Positions 52,535 to 64,000 of a stretch of 64,000 bases of DNA are shown piece by piece. Location: NCBI GenBank assembly GCA_030248215.1, contig JASANG010004128.1, positions 434,001 to 498,000 of the forward strand, read 5' to 3'. The notes beneath the pieces were generated by a model. The model saw only the letters and a program-made list of their open reading frames with translations. It made no database searches and had not been told where the DNA came from. Within the stretch, counting starts at the first letter, position 1; each line of letters starts with the position of its first letter. A program made the position numbers and the translations under genes. The DNA comes from Enoplolaimus lenunculus (taxonomy: Eukaryota).

Positions 52535-53440
52535 ACTAGGTAAAAGTGCCCCTAGAGGGGACAGATTGTGATATGTTTCGCTTGAAGCACGTAAAAGAGT
52601 TTAAAGAAGGGTTAGTTAGACCATAGATCAGTAGGTAATGTTTATAATATTAGCTCCATAACTTCTATGAAAATAGTTGTCATCTATATCTTTGACGGCT
52701 GTCTTTCAGGATTAACACGCTTGCGGTCAGTGAAACAAGAAACATATGGGCCCTACGAACTTTCATCTGTTAAGCTATAAATTGACACTACGGGTTTTCA
52801 AGGCGTTCTAAAGTACAACTCCAAACATGCAGTTGCTTTTTAAAAGTTAACTCAATTGAGAGCCAGCAGAACATGTTGTTTGAAATATTTAGCAACGTGG
52901 AGGGGTTTCTGGGGGGGAGCCCAAAACGCCCCTAAAACACAATTTGGAAAAGTTTCTCGACTTCACATCATCAAATAGTCGTGGTAAAGATAGCTAAAAT
53001 ATTCGAGCACGTATGCGTGACATTTTTTATTCGATAATCAATAGACGCAATTTGTAATCTTGCAATATTGAAATATTTACTAATCAAGTTTTAGAAACAT
53101 ATTATTTTAAAACTCAAAAAATATCCTCTTCCAGCGAAGAATGCTAGATTAGATCACTTATAAATTAAACATTGTAAAACCCAACAAACGCTAAAATTAA
53201 GCTGATAGGTGATGTCCGCTGGGCCCATATGTTTCTTGTTTCACTGACCGCAAGCGTGTTAACACTGAAAGACAGCCGTCAAAGATACAGATGACAACTA
53301 TTTTCATAGAAGTTATGGAGCTAATATTATAAACATTACCTACTGATCTATGGTCTAACTAACCCTTGTTTAAACTCTTTTTACATGCTTCAAGCGAAAC
53401 ATATCACAATCTGTCCATTCTAGGGGCACTTTTATCTAGT
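52535..53440. mobile_element. Foldback-type element with ~220-bp inverted arms (52535-52753 / 53221-53440)
   Basis: The arms are near-perfect reverse complements (ACTAGGTAAAAGTGCCCCTAG...CATATGGGCCC / GGGCCCATATG...CTAGGGGCACTTTTATCTAGT) around a ~470-bp non-coding spacer. Confidence 0.88.
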
Positions 53441-56400
53441 ATAATTAAATACCCGCAAATTCTGATAAAACCACAATTTTATAAATATAACCAAACGCCG
53501 CTCATTATTACTTAGCCGGTGTGAAAAACGTTAATTACAAAACATTGTCAAATTTGAACACACGGATTTTGAAACGCAACCTGTACGCAATTTAAGAGCT
53601 GAAATAAGCAATTATTTATATACTCTAACAATTTCACTACATTCTTATAAATAGTTGTGCAAAGGTAACATTATGTTTGTCCACAGTGCCGGAGCACACA
53701 GGGATACGAGCGAGAAGCCAATACGCAATTTAAAACTTCGGCGGTTTTTGTTTCGACCGGTTATGGTACGCGCCCTTCAGGGGAGGCCTCCAAATGGTGG
53801 TATGGGGAGCGGCTGCGCCGGCCCTGTTTGTCATAAATGGCGCCCTTCAGCTGTATTGGTCACAAAAAACTTTCAAAAAAGCGATAAAATTGTAACAGAA
53901 AAATTTAATAAAATTTTTAAAAAACATAATAAAAGAAACAAATACATTAACATAACAAATATAACACACGATGGTCACTCATATCTTAAACTATTGAAGA
54001 CGGAACGCACTTTTATAAACATGATTGCAACGAAAAATATAAACGACAAGGCGTTTTTGCTCTAGTTTTACATTTTGAAATGCGGTGATGCAAACATGAT
54101 GAGTTGAGTTTTAGTCATTGGACAAAGAAAAGTAGTTCGCATTCTATAAACGATTTGCTAGAAAACATGATGTTATTGCTTAAAGCACGGTCTGACAACC
54201 ATTCAACGTGTTTTGAGTCGCGTAAAACATTTATTTTAAGCGTAAGACGAACCCTAATATTTTCCTTGCCGACAAATACTCAGAGTCAGTGGGATCCAGG
54301 ATTACAAAATTGGGGGGGGGGCAAAATTTCATAGGTAATAAACTAATTTTTTCACCCACACACAAACCACGAACTATTGCCATAAAATTGCTATATAATT
54401 TTTGTCGAGATGCTGTTGGGGGGGCACGGGGTGGCCCCCATGGATCCGCCATTGCTCAGAGTACAGTGAGACAAGTGTATTGACCTATGGAACAACAGAA
54501 TTTTTGAAGGAAAATATAATCATATATTAGATAAATCATGCTGCGTTTATAAGTCCGTATCCTTTGTCTGCCAGCGCCAGGCCCGTCTTCGGCCTTCAAC
54601 CAGAGGGTTTGGGGGCGCTAATCACGTCCCGATGCATCTTCAAATTATAAAAAAGAAATCGTGTTCTGACCGTATAAATTTTAAATGTTTATGAAGGTTA
54701 AGCGAGCACAACCAAAAACATCTCACTTTCACAATGACACTGTTTAAGCGAAATATATAGTAACAGATCTGCACAATAGCTGTTTATTTTCAATAGATAT
54801 ATAACCTTATGCGGACAATTTCAGAAAAATGTTGGTCTAAAATTTAATTCAAAATCGATTTGCCTCCTGCTATCCGAATATGTCGCACAAACCACTGGAT
54901 TATTATATATTCAAGAAAACTTAGAACCACAAACAAACAAGTATACAAAGCATACATAGAAACAATCCATTCTTAAATACGAAACACACACGAGCGATGT
55001 GGATATATGTATTTTGACCGTTTTGGCGATGCATTGTTCTCCTCCAAAAAGAAATCGTTTGAAATTTTAAATTTTTAAAAATCTTTATTCTGTCTCTCAC
55101 GCGTACGACACTGCGACAACAATCTTGCCGGGGCGATTTTCTTCAATTCAAAAATCGAATTACAAATACGAAAATTTTCAAAAGTTTAAAAGCGAACGTT
55201 GTTTTTTTTTTGCGAGCGAGCACATTTTGTCATAACAATGAGCATCATCATCGTAGTCGTTTTTATACTGCATTTTTACTGTTACCTCGTTTTACAATTT
55301 ATGAGGGCGCGACATTTGCGTGAGATAAACGTTACAGAACGACGTTAGTCGAGCGGTAAGGTATAGGCGACCTATAGGCATAACTTGGTTTTAATTCAAG
55401 TTTACAAATATACACAGACATGTTAACAAAGACAACAATGAGAAATTTTACGCTGTTGAATCGGCTTTCCAATTCTGTTAATATTTGACTAGCAATTTAC
55501 TATCGGTTTTTCAGAATTCGAACTGCTTAACGTTGGGTTTTGAAAACGAATATATTTTGAAATTTGTTATATATTAAACTTGCTTATTAAAACATGTACA
55601 CAACACACTAAACTTTGCACTGCAAACATGTTCAGCAACTTTGGAACCGCCTCCCTTTTATACGCAGAACATATTTCGTGATCATTTTATTGCCAAAAAG
55701 TATTCTGATTGGCCATCTCCTTATTTCTTAGATATTCAGATGAGTAAGTTACCAATCATTTACGTTTTATTAGATCGGAACAAAAATAGACAAATAGTAT
55801 AAAACCGTTTAAATTTGAAGATCAACGGCATACGGTATTGATTTTTAATATCTTTCAGACAACGTTTATCCTTAGTGATCCGAATAAGAGGAGGAGTTGC
55901 TTCGGTTCAATCATTTTCTTACTCTAAGTACGCTAATTGACATATATGGTCTCTAATTTGATATTTAGATTCGTATTCAGTCAGAATCAAACCAGGAATT
56001 CTCCCACTCATGACTCGTATCCCGTGACCATTATTCGGGTCGGGTTACTGCAGTAGTTGTGAAAAATTGCGACAAGAAGAACATTACTTTACCATTTAAA
56101 ATTTGTAATATTTAATAACTCATAAGTGAAATTAAGCTCAACCAAACAATGTTTATAGAGAATAATTAACATAGTAAATACGAACCGTATAAGATGTATT
56201 CAACATTTTAAATGTGTTCACACACCGCGTGCAAATCGGATAATGTAAAGCAATGGAACCCAGTGGCGTGACTGCAGCGTGGTGCCCCCAACAAAAAATT
56301 TGAAGGCTCTAAAATCAATAAGCCTCCTGCCGAGTTTTTGAAGACCTAGCTCGAGGTCGCGGCTTGTGTATCCGTGCGTCATCGGCTGTGAGATGGGAAA

Positions 56401-58803
56401 AGCAACGCTTAATAATGGTCGGGGGAAACTCGCGAGCGAGAAACAAAATAAACCCGAAACGCAATGCCTAAACTGAATTGCATCGAAGGAGCAAATTTTT
56501 TGAAATCGCATGATGGATCGGTGTTGCTGGAATGCCGCAGGTGTCCAGTCGTAATTACGTGGATCAGCTGAAAAAGCCTGCCTTAAAAAGAATCAGTTGA
56601 ATACAATTTCGCGTTCGGTGTGGCGCTCGGTAAACGAGATGTATTTTTGGTATTGATTCCAGTGTTAAACTTCTGGAGCGGGCCAATTTGATTGAATAGG
56701 TATTAAAACAGTACGTTTGAACAACTCGGGAGTGCATTGACCGAGACACAAGACGATAGTTTTGACAAGCTAAAATTTTGGTGCAAAAATCCTTATTTTA
56801 AAACGTTGTGAAAGTCCTCTGGGTCTGAAACAACCCAATTTCCCCATTTATTGTTTGTGGGGACGTTAAGCACGGTACTGTAGGAGTCTGCCTACTAAGC
56901 ATAAGCCTAAGCTTAAGTCTAAACCTATAGGTCTAATACTAGCTTTGAGTTAAGCCTAAACTATCCCTTCTTTATTACAGAGTGGAACTGAACTACGAGT
57001 ACCTGCAGGTAAACGCGGGTCGGGTAAAAAACTTCAGACGATAGTCAACCCGCGAATAAAGATTTGTATCACATGGGTCAAAAATTACCAGTCTCTCCGC
57101 GCCTATATAAGGCATTATTCGGAGGTTTTTACTTGGGTTAATTGATAATTTGGTTGCTTTTGATAATAAACTTCATGTGTAATTTCATGATAGCGTAATA
57201 ACGAAAACATAGCCGTAAGGATTCTTTAAAAATACTGCTATCAATTTAGGCGCGGGGAAATGAAGGTGGCGGGTAGAACTTTTTAGCGCGGAGTGGACTC
57301 GCGAGTAAATACTGTTTAACCGCATTGATAAAGCGCGGGTAAAGTATAGAAAAATCCTTTCCCGAATATACACTCTGCACACCCATAGTATCGCTGGCTG
57401 TTAGAGGGCAGGCCGTTTCCCTTATACTTGACATGGGATGGGCCCGCATAACTTTTAGCTTTTAGGAGGTACGTTTCGGTTTTCCCCGTCAATATTGACC
57501 TGGCAAATTATACGATTCAAAATGCTTACAATTCACAATTAATTTTTTACTTAGGTTTTCGCTGGATTGTATATAGATAGTTTTGAGAACATATTTTTAG
57601 GGTTTTGAGTTTACTGAATTTGGAAAACAGTTAATATGAAAGTTGAATTTTAACACCGTGCTAGAACTACCGGTGCCAAAAAAACTGACAAAATTAATTT
57701 TTGATATTTTTCGTAGTTGAGGCGAGTCAAAACTTCTTGGTTGAGTATGGTTTAACATTTGAGTTCAATGAAATGGCTAACAGTAGGCTTTTACAGTTAA
57801 TGATTACAGATTGAAATCAATAATTTACCGCAAAATCAACGCATAACATGAAACGCAACAATGATTTTGAAACGAGCTGTTACGTTTTATCAAATTTCCA
57901 ATCAAGCACATGCGTTTCCAAGTATTGGACAAAAATCACGGAAGAGTGAATAAGGTAAAAAACCAACAAAACAAGTACTATAGTGCACAATACGGTTTGG
58001 TCAAATCAAGGCTTTTTCGGCGTATAACAGGAGTTAAACTAAAATTACTATTTATCCCGTGCCAAGTGAAATTCAACTTTGATCAGTTTTAAAAACCGGA
58101 CTCATTAAATAAACTTACTCGAAAGTTCCAACGCTATTTCGCACTATAGCTGGATCCAAGATTAACAAAATTCAATTTATTTTAACGACAGTTGTATTTA
58201 TATACCAAATAGCGCCGTAAAGAACTGGACTGAATCATAGCATTTGTGCTGGTTTCAGAAGTCTTCTTCCAGTTAATATTCTGTGATGTCAGACCAAAAA
58301 CAATTAAACTGTTTTACGACCAGTAAAATTGGCAAAGTTTTATGAGGTGTGCGCCAAAAACGACTCTTTTTTACTTTCATTCCACCGGTTAAAACCTAGG
58401 TGGTTGCGCCACCAGCCCGAATCCTACGTATGGTCCTCGTAAATTCCGATAAGTTCAGGCCGGAAGCCCTAATGAACCCAACTAAAAAGATTGTTTCAAC
58501 GTTGGGAGAAGGTAGTGTTCCCTCAAGGAGCGTAAGTTTGTTGTAGAAACTACATAGCTTTTATGATCCCCGTCCCTTATTGATGTACACTGTTGCAAAT
58601 ATAGATGGACACTAACTGCATAACACTAAGCCAAATAACATAGATACCTGACACAAAAACGGACAGTAATCAAAAACATGAGTAAACCGAAAAAAGGATA
58701 TCAACTGTAAAGTTCTAAAAATAGCTTTAAGCCCTATTCACACGTCAAGTTTCTGCATCAGAAACTTGCACGTGCAACTTACATGTGTAAGTGCAAAAAA
58801 GGT

Positions 58804-59074
58804 TTAACCCTTTCTCACATGAATATTTGCATTTTCACATGAGATGTAATTTCAAGGTGAGATTCGAACCCCAGTCTCACGGGTGGGAGCCGTGTACGAT
58901 GACCACTGAGCTACAGGAGATTGACGCTCGAGCTTGAAGGGGCTCTCACATCTTGTGGAGATTTTACACTGCGCATATAGGTTATAAATTTTAAACACTG
59001 CTCACAGTGCGTGTATTGCTCGTACATTATTGTATTTAGTTGATCATAGTATACTCTATGAGTTAAAGGGTTAA
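58804..59074 (-). mobile_element. TTAA-flanked MITE with tRNA-like cassette, nested inside a TTCACACGTGCAAG-family MITE
   Basis: TTAACCCTTTCTCACATG ... AAAGGGTTAA. Host element sequence starts at ~58731 and resumes at ~59075. Confidence 0.75.
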
Positions 59075-59374
59075 AGTTATTCCAGCTGCAAATTATCCAC
59101 TAGAATTCATGCTGTTAAATTTAAACCGCACGTGTGAATGCAGTTCTAAATTCGCTTGATTGTTTTGCACCTACATTTTGATTGGCCAATTGACAACTGT
59201 GTTGCTGATCGGTTCCGGGGCGGGAGGGATTTCAGTGGAACTGCAATAGAGTAAGCTTACCTTTTAGAATAACTTTCGTACCTCAGTCTAATGCTAAGGT
59301 ACAGGCTTATACTTACGCCTAGACTTAAGCTTAAAAACATGTTTACACTACGGCTACGGCCCCCCTGATTTATA

Positions 59375-59688
59375 CATTGCAAGTTGAAGCTGGAGGTGAA
59401 AAATACCGGAGTCAGAGGTCAACAAAATTTGCCGGAACCGGGAATGAAGCGAAATTGGGTAGTTAAAATAATATTGAATGCAGCGAAATGTCAAAAAATA
59501 GGTTCAAGTCTTATTTTTATGAAAATCTGACAATTAACTTGGGAAAATTGTACCAAAAACGAACGATACTATTTTTCCAGAACTATTGAAGATTTTAGTA
59601 GTGAAATTGCCGGAACGTCAGGCAAAAATTCTACCAAAGTCAAATCCAATTTTGTGCCAGATCCGGAGGCAGACCTTCGGTTGTACCC
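59375..59688. mobile_element. Degenerate copy of the CAGGGTGCAACCGGAG MITE family
   Basis: Ends GGAGGCAGACCTTCGGTTGTACCC; internal similarity to 20390-20769. Confidence 0.6.
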
Positions 59689-62600
59689 CAATACATTGCA
59701 CATAATCTATAAAATTTTGCCGAATTATATTTTTGATCGCGGTCTTGAAAAATCTCAACAATGGTGCCCGATCTCAAAACAAGCTCAGTGAAAGGTGCAA
59801 CTTTAGAGAAAATTGAAACTATTTTGCTGTCAAAACTAGCCAATGTATAGCACAGGGGCTCCCCATATTCCAAGGTGGAAAACTTATAACCAGGAGTGCA
59901 GCGCAGGCACTCCTGTATGACGGCTAGATATTACGCAGGTTTGGTAGGAAAATTCACAAGCATATTAATATTTGCTAAAAAATCCAAAAGTGAAAAATTC
60001 AGACTGCTGAATTTTCCGTAGTTTGGTAGGGAAAGGTTTTCTCTAGGTGTGGTAGAGAAGGAACAGTTTGGTTGGTTTGCCTCGACAAATGGGGTGTGTG
60101 GACTCAGGCCAAGGTATTAAACTCCAAAATTTTCCCGGCCAAATTATGCCTGTGATTGTTACTACCAAACCAGCGGAATTCCCTGCCGTGATACAGCAGC
60201 CGCTCCGCTTCAGAATTTTCCTACCAAACCATGAAAAAGTTAGGCGTTTTGTGGCAATTGGAAAAACTTATCTGCGTTTTTCTTGTCTATAATTCAGTTT
60301 CAAGAAAGTTCAAACTGTGTATAACTGTTATAGGACGTACCAAGGTTTCAACGTAACACTGTTTCTGACTCCGATTCCAACAAACGTTGATTTTGGTAAA
60401 AACCATGTTATATGTAGACTCAAGCCGTAGGAATGTAAGATTAAATATGAAATGGTGTAAAATTTTATTTTATGCTACTATAGAAATGATTTAAACATAC
60501 CAGCTTTTAGAACTGCTGAATGCACAGTTGGTTAACGCGGATTGGTTATCAATTCCTAAAGGCTTATAGTCACGGAGTGGAAATTTTTTACTCCGAGAGT
60601 CATATTTCTCAAGTACGGCAGGGTACAGATAAAGAAGTATAGGCGTTTTAGAGTATAGTGACGAGGACTCAATTTTTTCTGAGCCTGTAGCACCTCTCAA
60701 CGGCCAGGTTGCGAGTGATACGAAACGTATGGAAGCAAATAATCAAAATGTAGTGCAGTTAGTCACAGTTGTGAGAGATTTAGCAATAACGGATGGTTTT
60801 GATCAAATCTCGCAACGCTTCCGTTTAGAGGCTGATACAGACTTGGTCGCCTCGTTTTAATGAAGAGATTTAGCTGGTTTTGACTTTAACACTTGGATTG
60901 AGATTTTTAATACATATTGCAACGCTATGTTGTAGCTATTTTCGCAGGAGCACAAAAATAATCGAGGGATAGGGTGACAATTGGACAAACTAATCTGCGC
61001 TTTTCTTGTTCATAATTCTGTTTAAAAAAAATTCAAATTAAGAGTATAACTGTTATAGTAAGTACCAGGGTTTCAATTCCGACAAATGGTGATTTTGGCA
61101 AAAACCTTAAGGTGACTTTATGATATATCAAAATGTTAAAATTTTAATAAATTTTGTAGATCGAATGCTTGATCAATTTTAAAAATACAATTTCATATGT
61201 GGATTAGATCTGATTTCTAACTTTCACTTCTCCAAGAACTGCGACCAACACCTTGCATATTTTGCTCTATTTCAGCTTTCCCGCATCCTGTGTGCTGTGC
61301 AATATGCGTGCTTGCGATAGCACTCGTGATGTTTTGTCTAGAACAAATAATTCTAAGCAGAATATGGAGTTGGACTTATGAAGTGAATGTTTGAGGCTAA
61401 AAATAAACAAGATGCAATTTGAATTTTATCAAAATAACGTTCTTTGGCTTTAGTGCTGTATAATATTATTCAACCCATGGTTATTCAGATTTGAGTCAGC
61501 AAAAAGTGCAGGAAGGACACTATTTGGGTATCCCTGTATATTCGAAAAATTATTCTATTGAGCATTTTAATTTATACTTTCTAGGCTCGGGGAAAACAAA
61601 CGAACTGCCTGAATCCTGGTCCAGAACCAGTTTGAAAATTTGATAAAATCTCCAATCACGGTTTGTAGTCTTATTTCGGTAGTTACCCTTGCGCGGTGAA
61701 CCGGACAATCGTTGCGTGAGTGTTAACCTTGCAAACTTCTGAATATAAGATTGTTGAAACAAAACCAAAATTTGCCTTTGATTTTGCTGTTGCGATAACT
61801 CGTGGCGTTTGCAGGAAAAGGTGATACAACGGATATAAAAGAGTGTTTTACGTCGGGAACACTGCAATTGTTTTCGATGGTTTTCTTTTCTTACAGTTTT
61901 AGCATGAACAGAGTCAAATGCTTTACCTCCCGTACGGGACGATATGCATGTTTTGTGTTTTGTTTTGCGTGCCTTTTTGGTTGATTATTACACGGTATCG
62001 TGACTCTGTGCTCGATTCATAAAAAGTTTAAAAGCCGAAAGTTGGGAATTTAAACCCGCCGTTACAAATATTATATTTTGAATTTTCCACTTTTCCGTTT
62101 CTTTTTCAAACAAATTTTACGCTAAAAATTATCTCTACAAACCTGAGAATATTTGTTCGCAATTGTTTCGTCAATACTGCGTTATGTTCGTCAGGGGGGC
62201 TGCCACCCCTGCACCCCTTGCGATTTGAAGAGGACCGCCGCTTCACGCGCTAAGCATTTTATTTTATTATTGACACTGCTAAACTTACTGAAAAAGTTTT
62301 GACCAGTTTGGTGCTTCAGTATGAGTACCGCTTAGTCCGGGGATTGTGTGGCGGGAGCCCCCCATCCTGCTTACCATTTCTTCAAATCGCCGGGGGACCC
62401 CACAGTTTGTCTTAATAAACGTGAAATATTGTGGCGGGGTAGGGAAAGTTTTTCATTTTGGGGGAAGAAACGGACGGCAGTCCCCATCCTGCTTAGCATC
62501 ACTTAAAATCGGTCCCGCAATTTGTCTTAATACACGAGAAAGAATGTGGCGGGGAAAATGTTTTCATAGTGGGCGGAAAGTATAAAACTATAAACGTGCC

Positions 62601-64000
62601 TGTATTGTATTCGTTTATAAATTTTTCACTTTTCTCGTTTTCGAAACAAAGCCTATGCTTCAGGTTTTCCATACAAACCCAGGGAAAACCATAGGCGTTT
62701 AAATTTTGCACTTTCCTGCACACTGTTAAAAATGCTACGGAAACTTCTGAAAGCCCCGATAAACTGCTCCCAAACTTCGTGGAAACTCCGAATAAAATTC
62801 CATTGAAACCAAAAGACCGTTCTTGGCAAAAGCCGACATCCCGTTGTACGTTGCAAAAAACTAACCTACCGATTTTAATGATGCAGAAGAGGCTGCAGTA
62901 TTATAACAGACCCATTACGGTTATATAAAAGCACCGCCTTCACAAGCCAAATTAATATTAACACTCGAACAATACAAACTAAATTGAGTTTACTCAAATT
63001 CTACAAAATACGAAAAATCATTGGAACAGCGTAGCACGCCATCAAAACTTTTTCAAATTAAACATGGCAGCTAATGAAGTATACCATTATCTTTACACAA
63101 TTAAATTGCTACTGATAATCCCATAAAACGCAGTCAAGTGTTTCATAAACTTGGATGACGTTTATCTTGAACCGTTCTGGTCAACTTGTGAATCGATTCG
63201 ACGGGTTACAAGGATTTTGCATGGAACGTCAGTAGTCTCATAGCATGTCTCTTAATCTCCCGCAATGATATGTGTTCCAAATACATTTTACTTGAATATA
63301 TAAGGGTGGCGGTATACTTTTTGGCAGCTTCAGTGCGTTCTGCCACAGGACGATATGATACCACTACGTGAGCGTAAATCTTAGAACACAAACCTACTGA
63401 ATAATTTATTACAACTTTTTATTTCGCGATACCACATTTACAAGTTGACAAGTTCGAAATACAGAACCACCCAATGAAGCCTACATTTAGTCATGGAAGT
63501 TATGCATTGCAATAACATTTAATATATCATTAATTAAACAATATAAAGCACTCATTTGTTCAAAATTATTTTTTCTTCATATTCTCTATCATTTGTTTGT
63601 GTTGATTGATTTTCGCTTGATGCTCTCTCATTTGCTCTTCATGATACTTAATTTCATGTTCAAGATGGTCGTGCATTTTTGATAGCTGTTCTCGTTGCTA
63701 AAAATAAAAGTAAAACACAATTTTATGTAATACTGGGTATGCACTAATTGACAAAAGATTAGCGAGTTTACCCTTCTAACTTAAAATAAGCTAAGCCTGT
63801 GTTAAATACTCTGTCAACACAGAAACAACGAAAATACAACAAAGACTATGCTGCAAATTTAAAATATAACATCAGCCAGCCTCTTTCAATAACTATCTAA
63901 ACGACGACAAATTATTGCTCCCGTATGTCGCATACGCACTGAAAAAATAATTTTCGACAAGCACATCAAAACTAACCAAGCGGTAAAAATATTCCTCTTC

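Noticed and set aside
55238..55348. 36-aa hydrophobic ORF MSIIIVVVFILHFYCYLVLQF...
   Set aside because: Short, stops before the nearby GTAAGG donor, and has no supporting exons.
46571..64000. Numerous 60-137 aa ORFs in the track
   Set aside because: No recognisable domains or exon chains, and many overlap MITEs. No transposase ORF was seen anywhere in the window.

Overview
AT-rich, intron-rich animal genomic DNA, most likely a nematode (abundant TTAGGC telomere-type repeats; inference). The ORF track is mostly noise because the real genes are spliced. I assembled the models below by hand from GT-AG junctions and reading-frame continuity. (1) 1336-6036 (+): a 5-exon, ~514-aa divergent ionotropic glutamate receptor/IR-like channel with no amino-terminal domain. 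(2) 46116-10664 (-): a ~35-kb locus of cysteine-rich extracellular mosaic proteins built largely from symmetric phase 1-1, one-domain-per-exon cassettes. It is best read as two tandem genes. Gene A (46116-25766, 18 exons, ~1464 aa, secreted) has a signal peptide, 2 large Cys domains, 7 copies of an unrecognised 6-Cys module, TIL, TIL, module, LDLa, TIL and 3 copies of a second 6-Cys module. Gene B (21565-10664, 12 exons, ~668 aa) has a signal-like peptide, module, TIL, 2 large Cys domains and a GPI-type tail. An in-frame read-through splice would give one ~2094-aa protein. The small modules end in a Kunitz-like [FY]-x5-C-x3-C motif but lack the Kunitz N-terminal half. Introns and the gene-poor region 46.2-64 kb are full of MITEs, including TTAGGC-filled elements with 8-bp target-site duplications and TTAA-flanked elements carrying a tRNA-like cassette.
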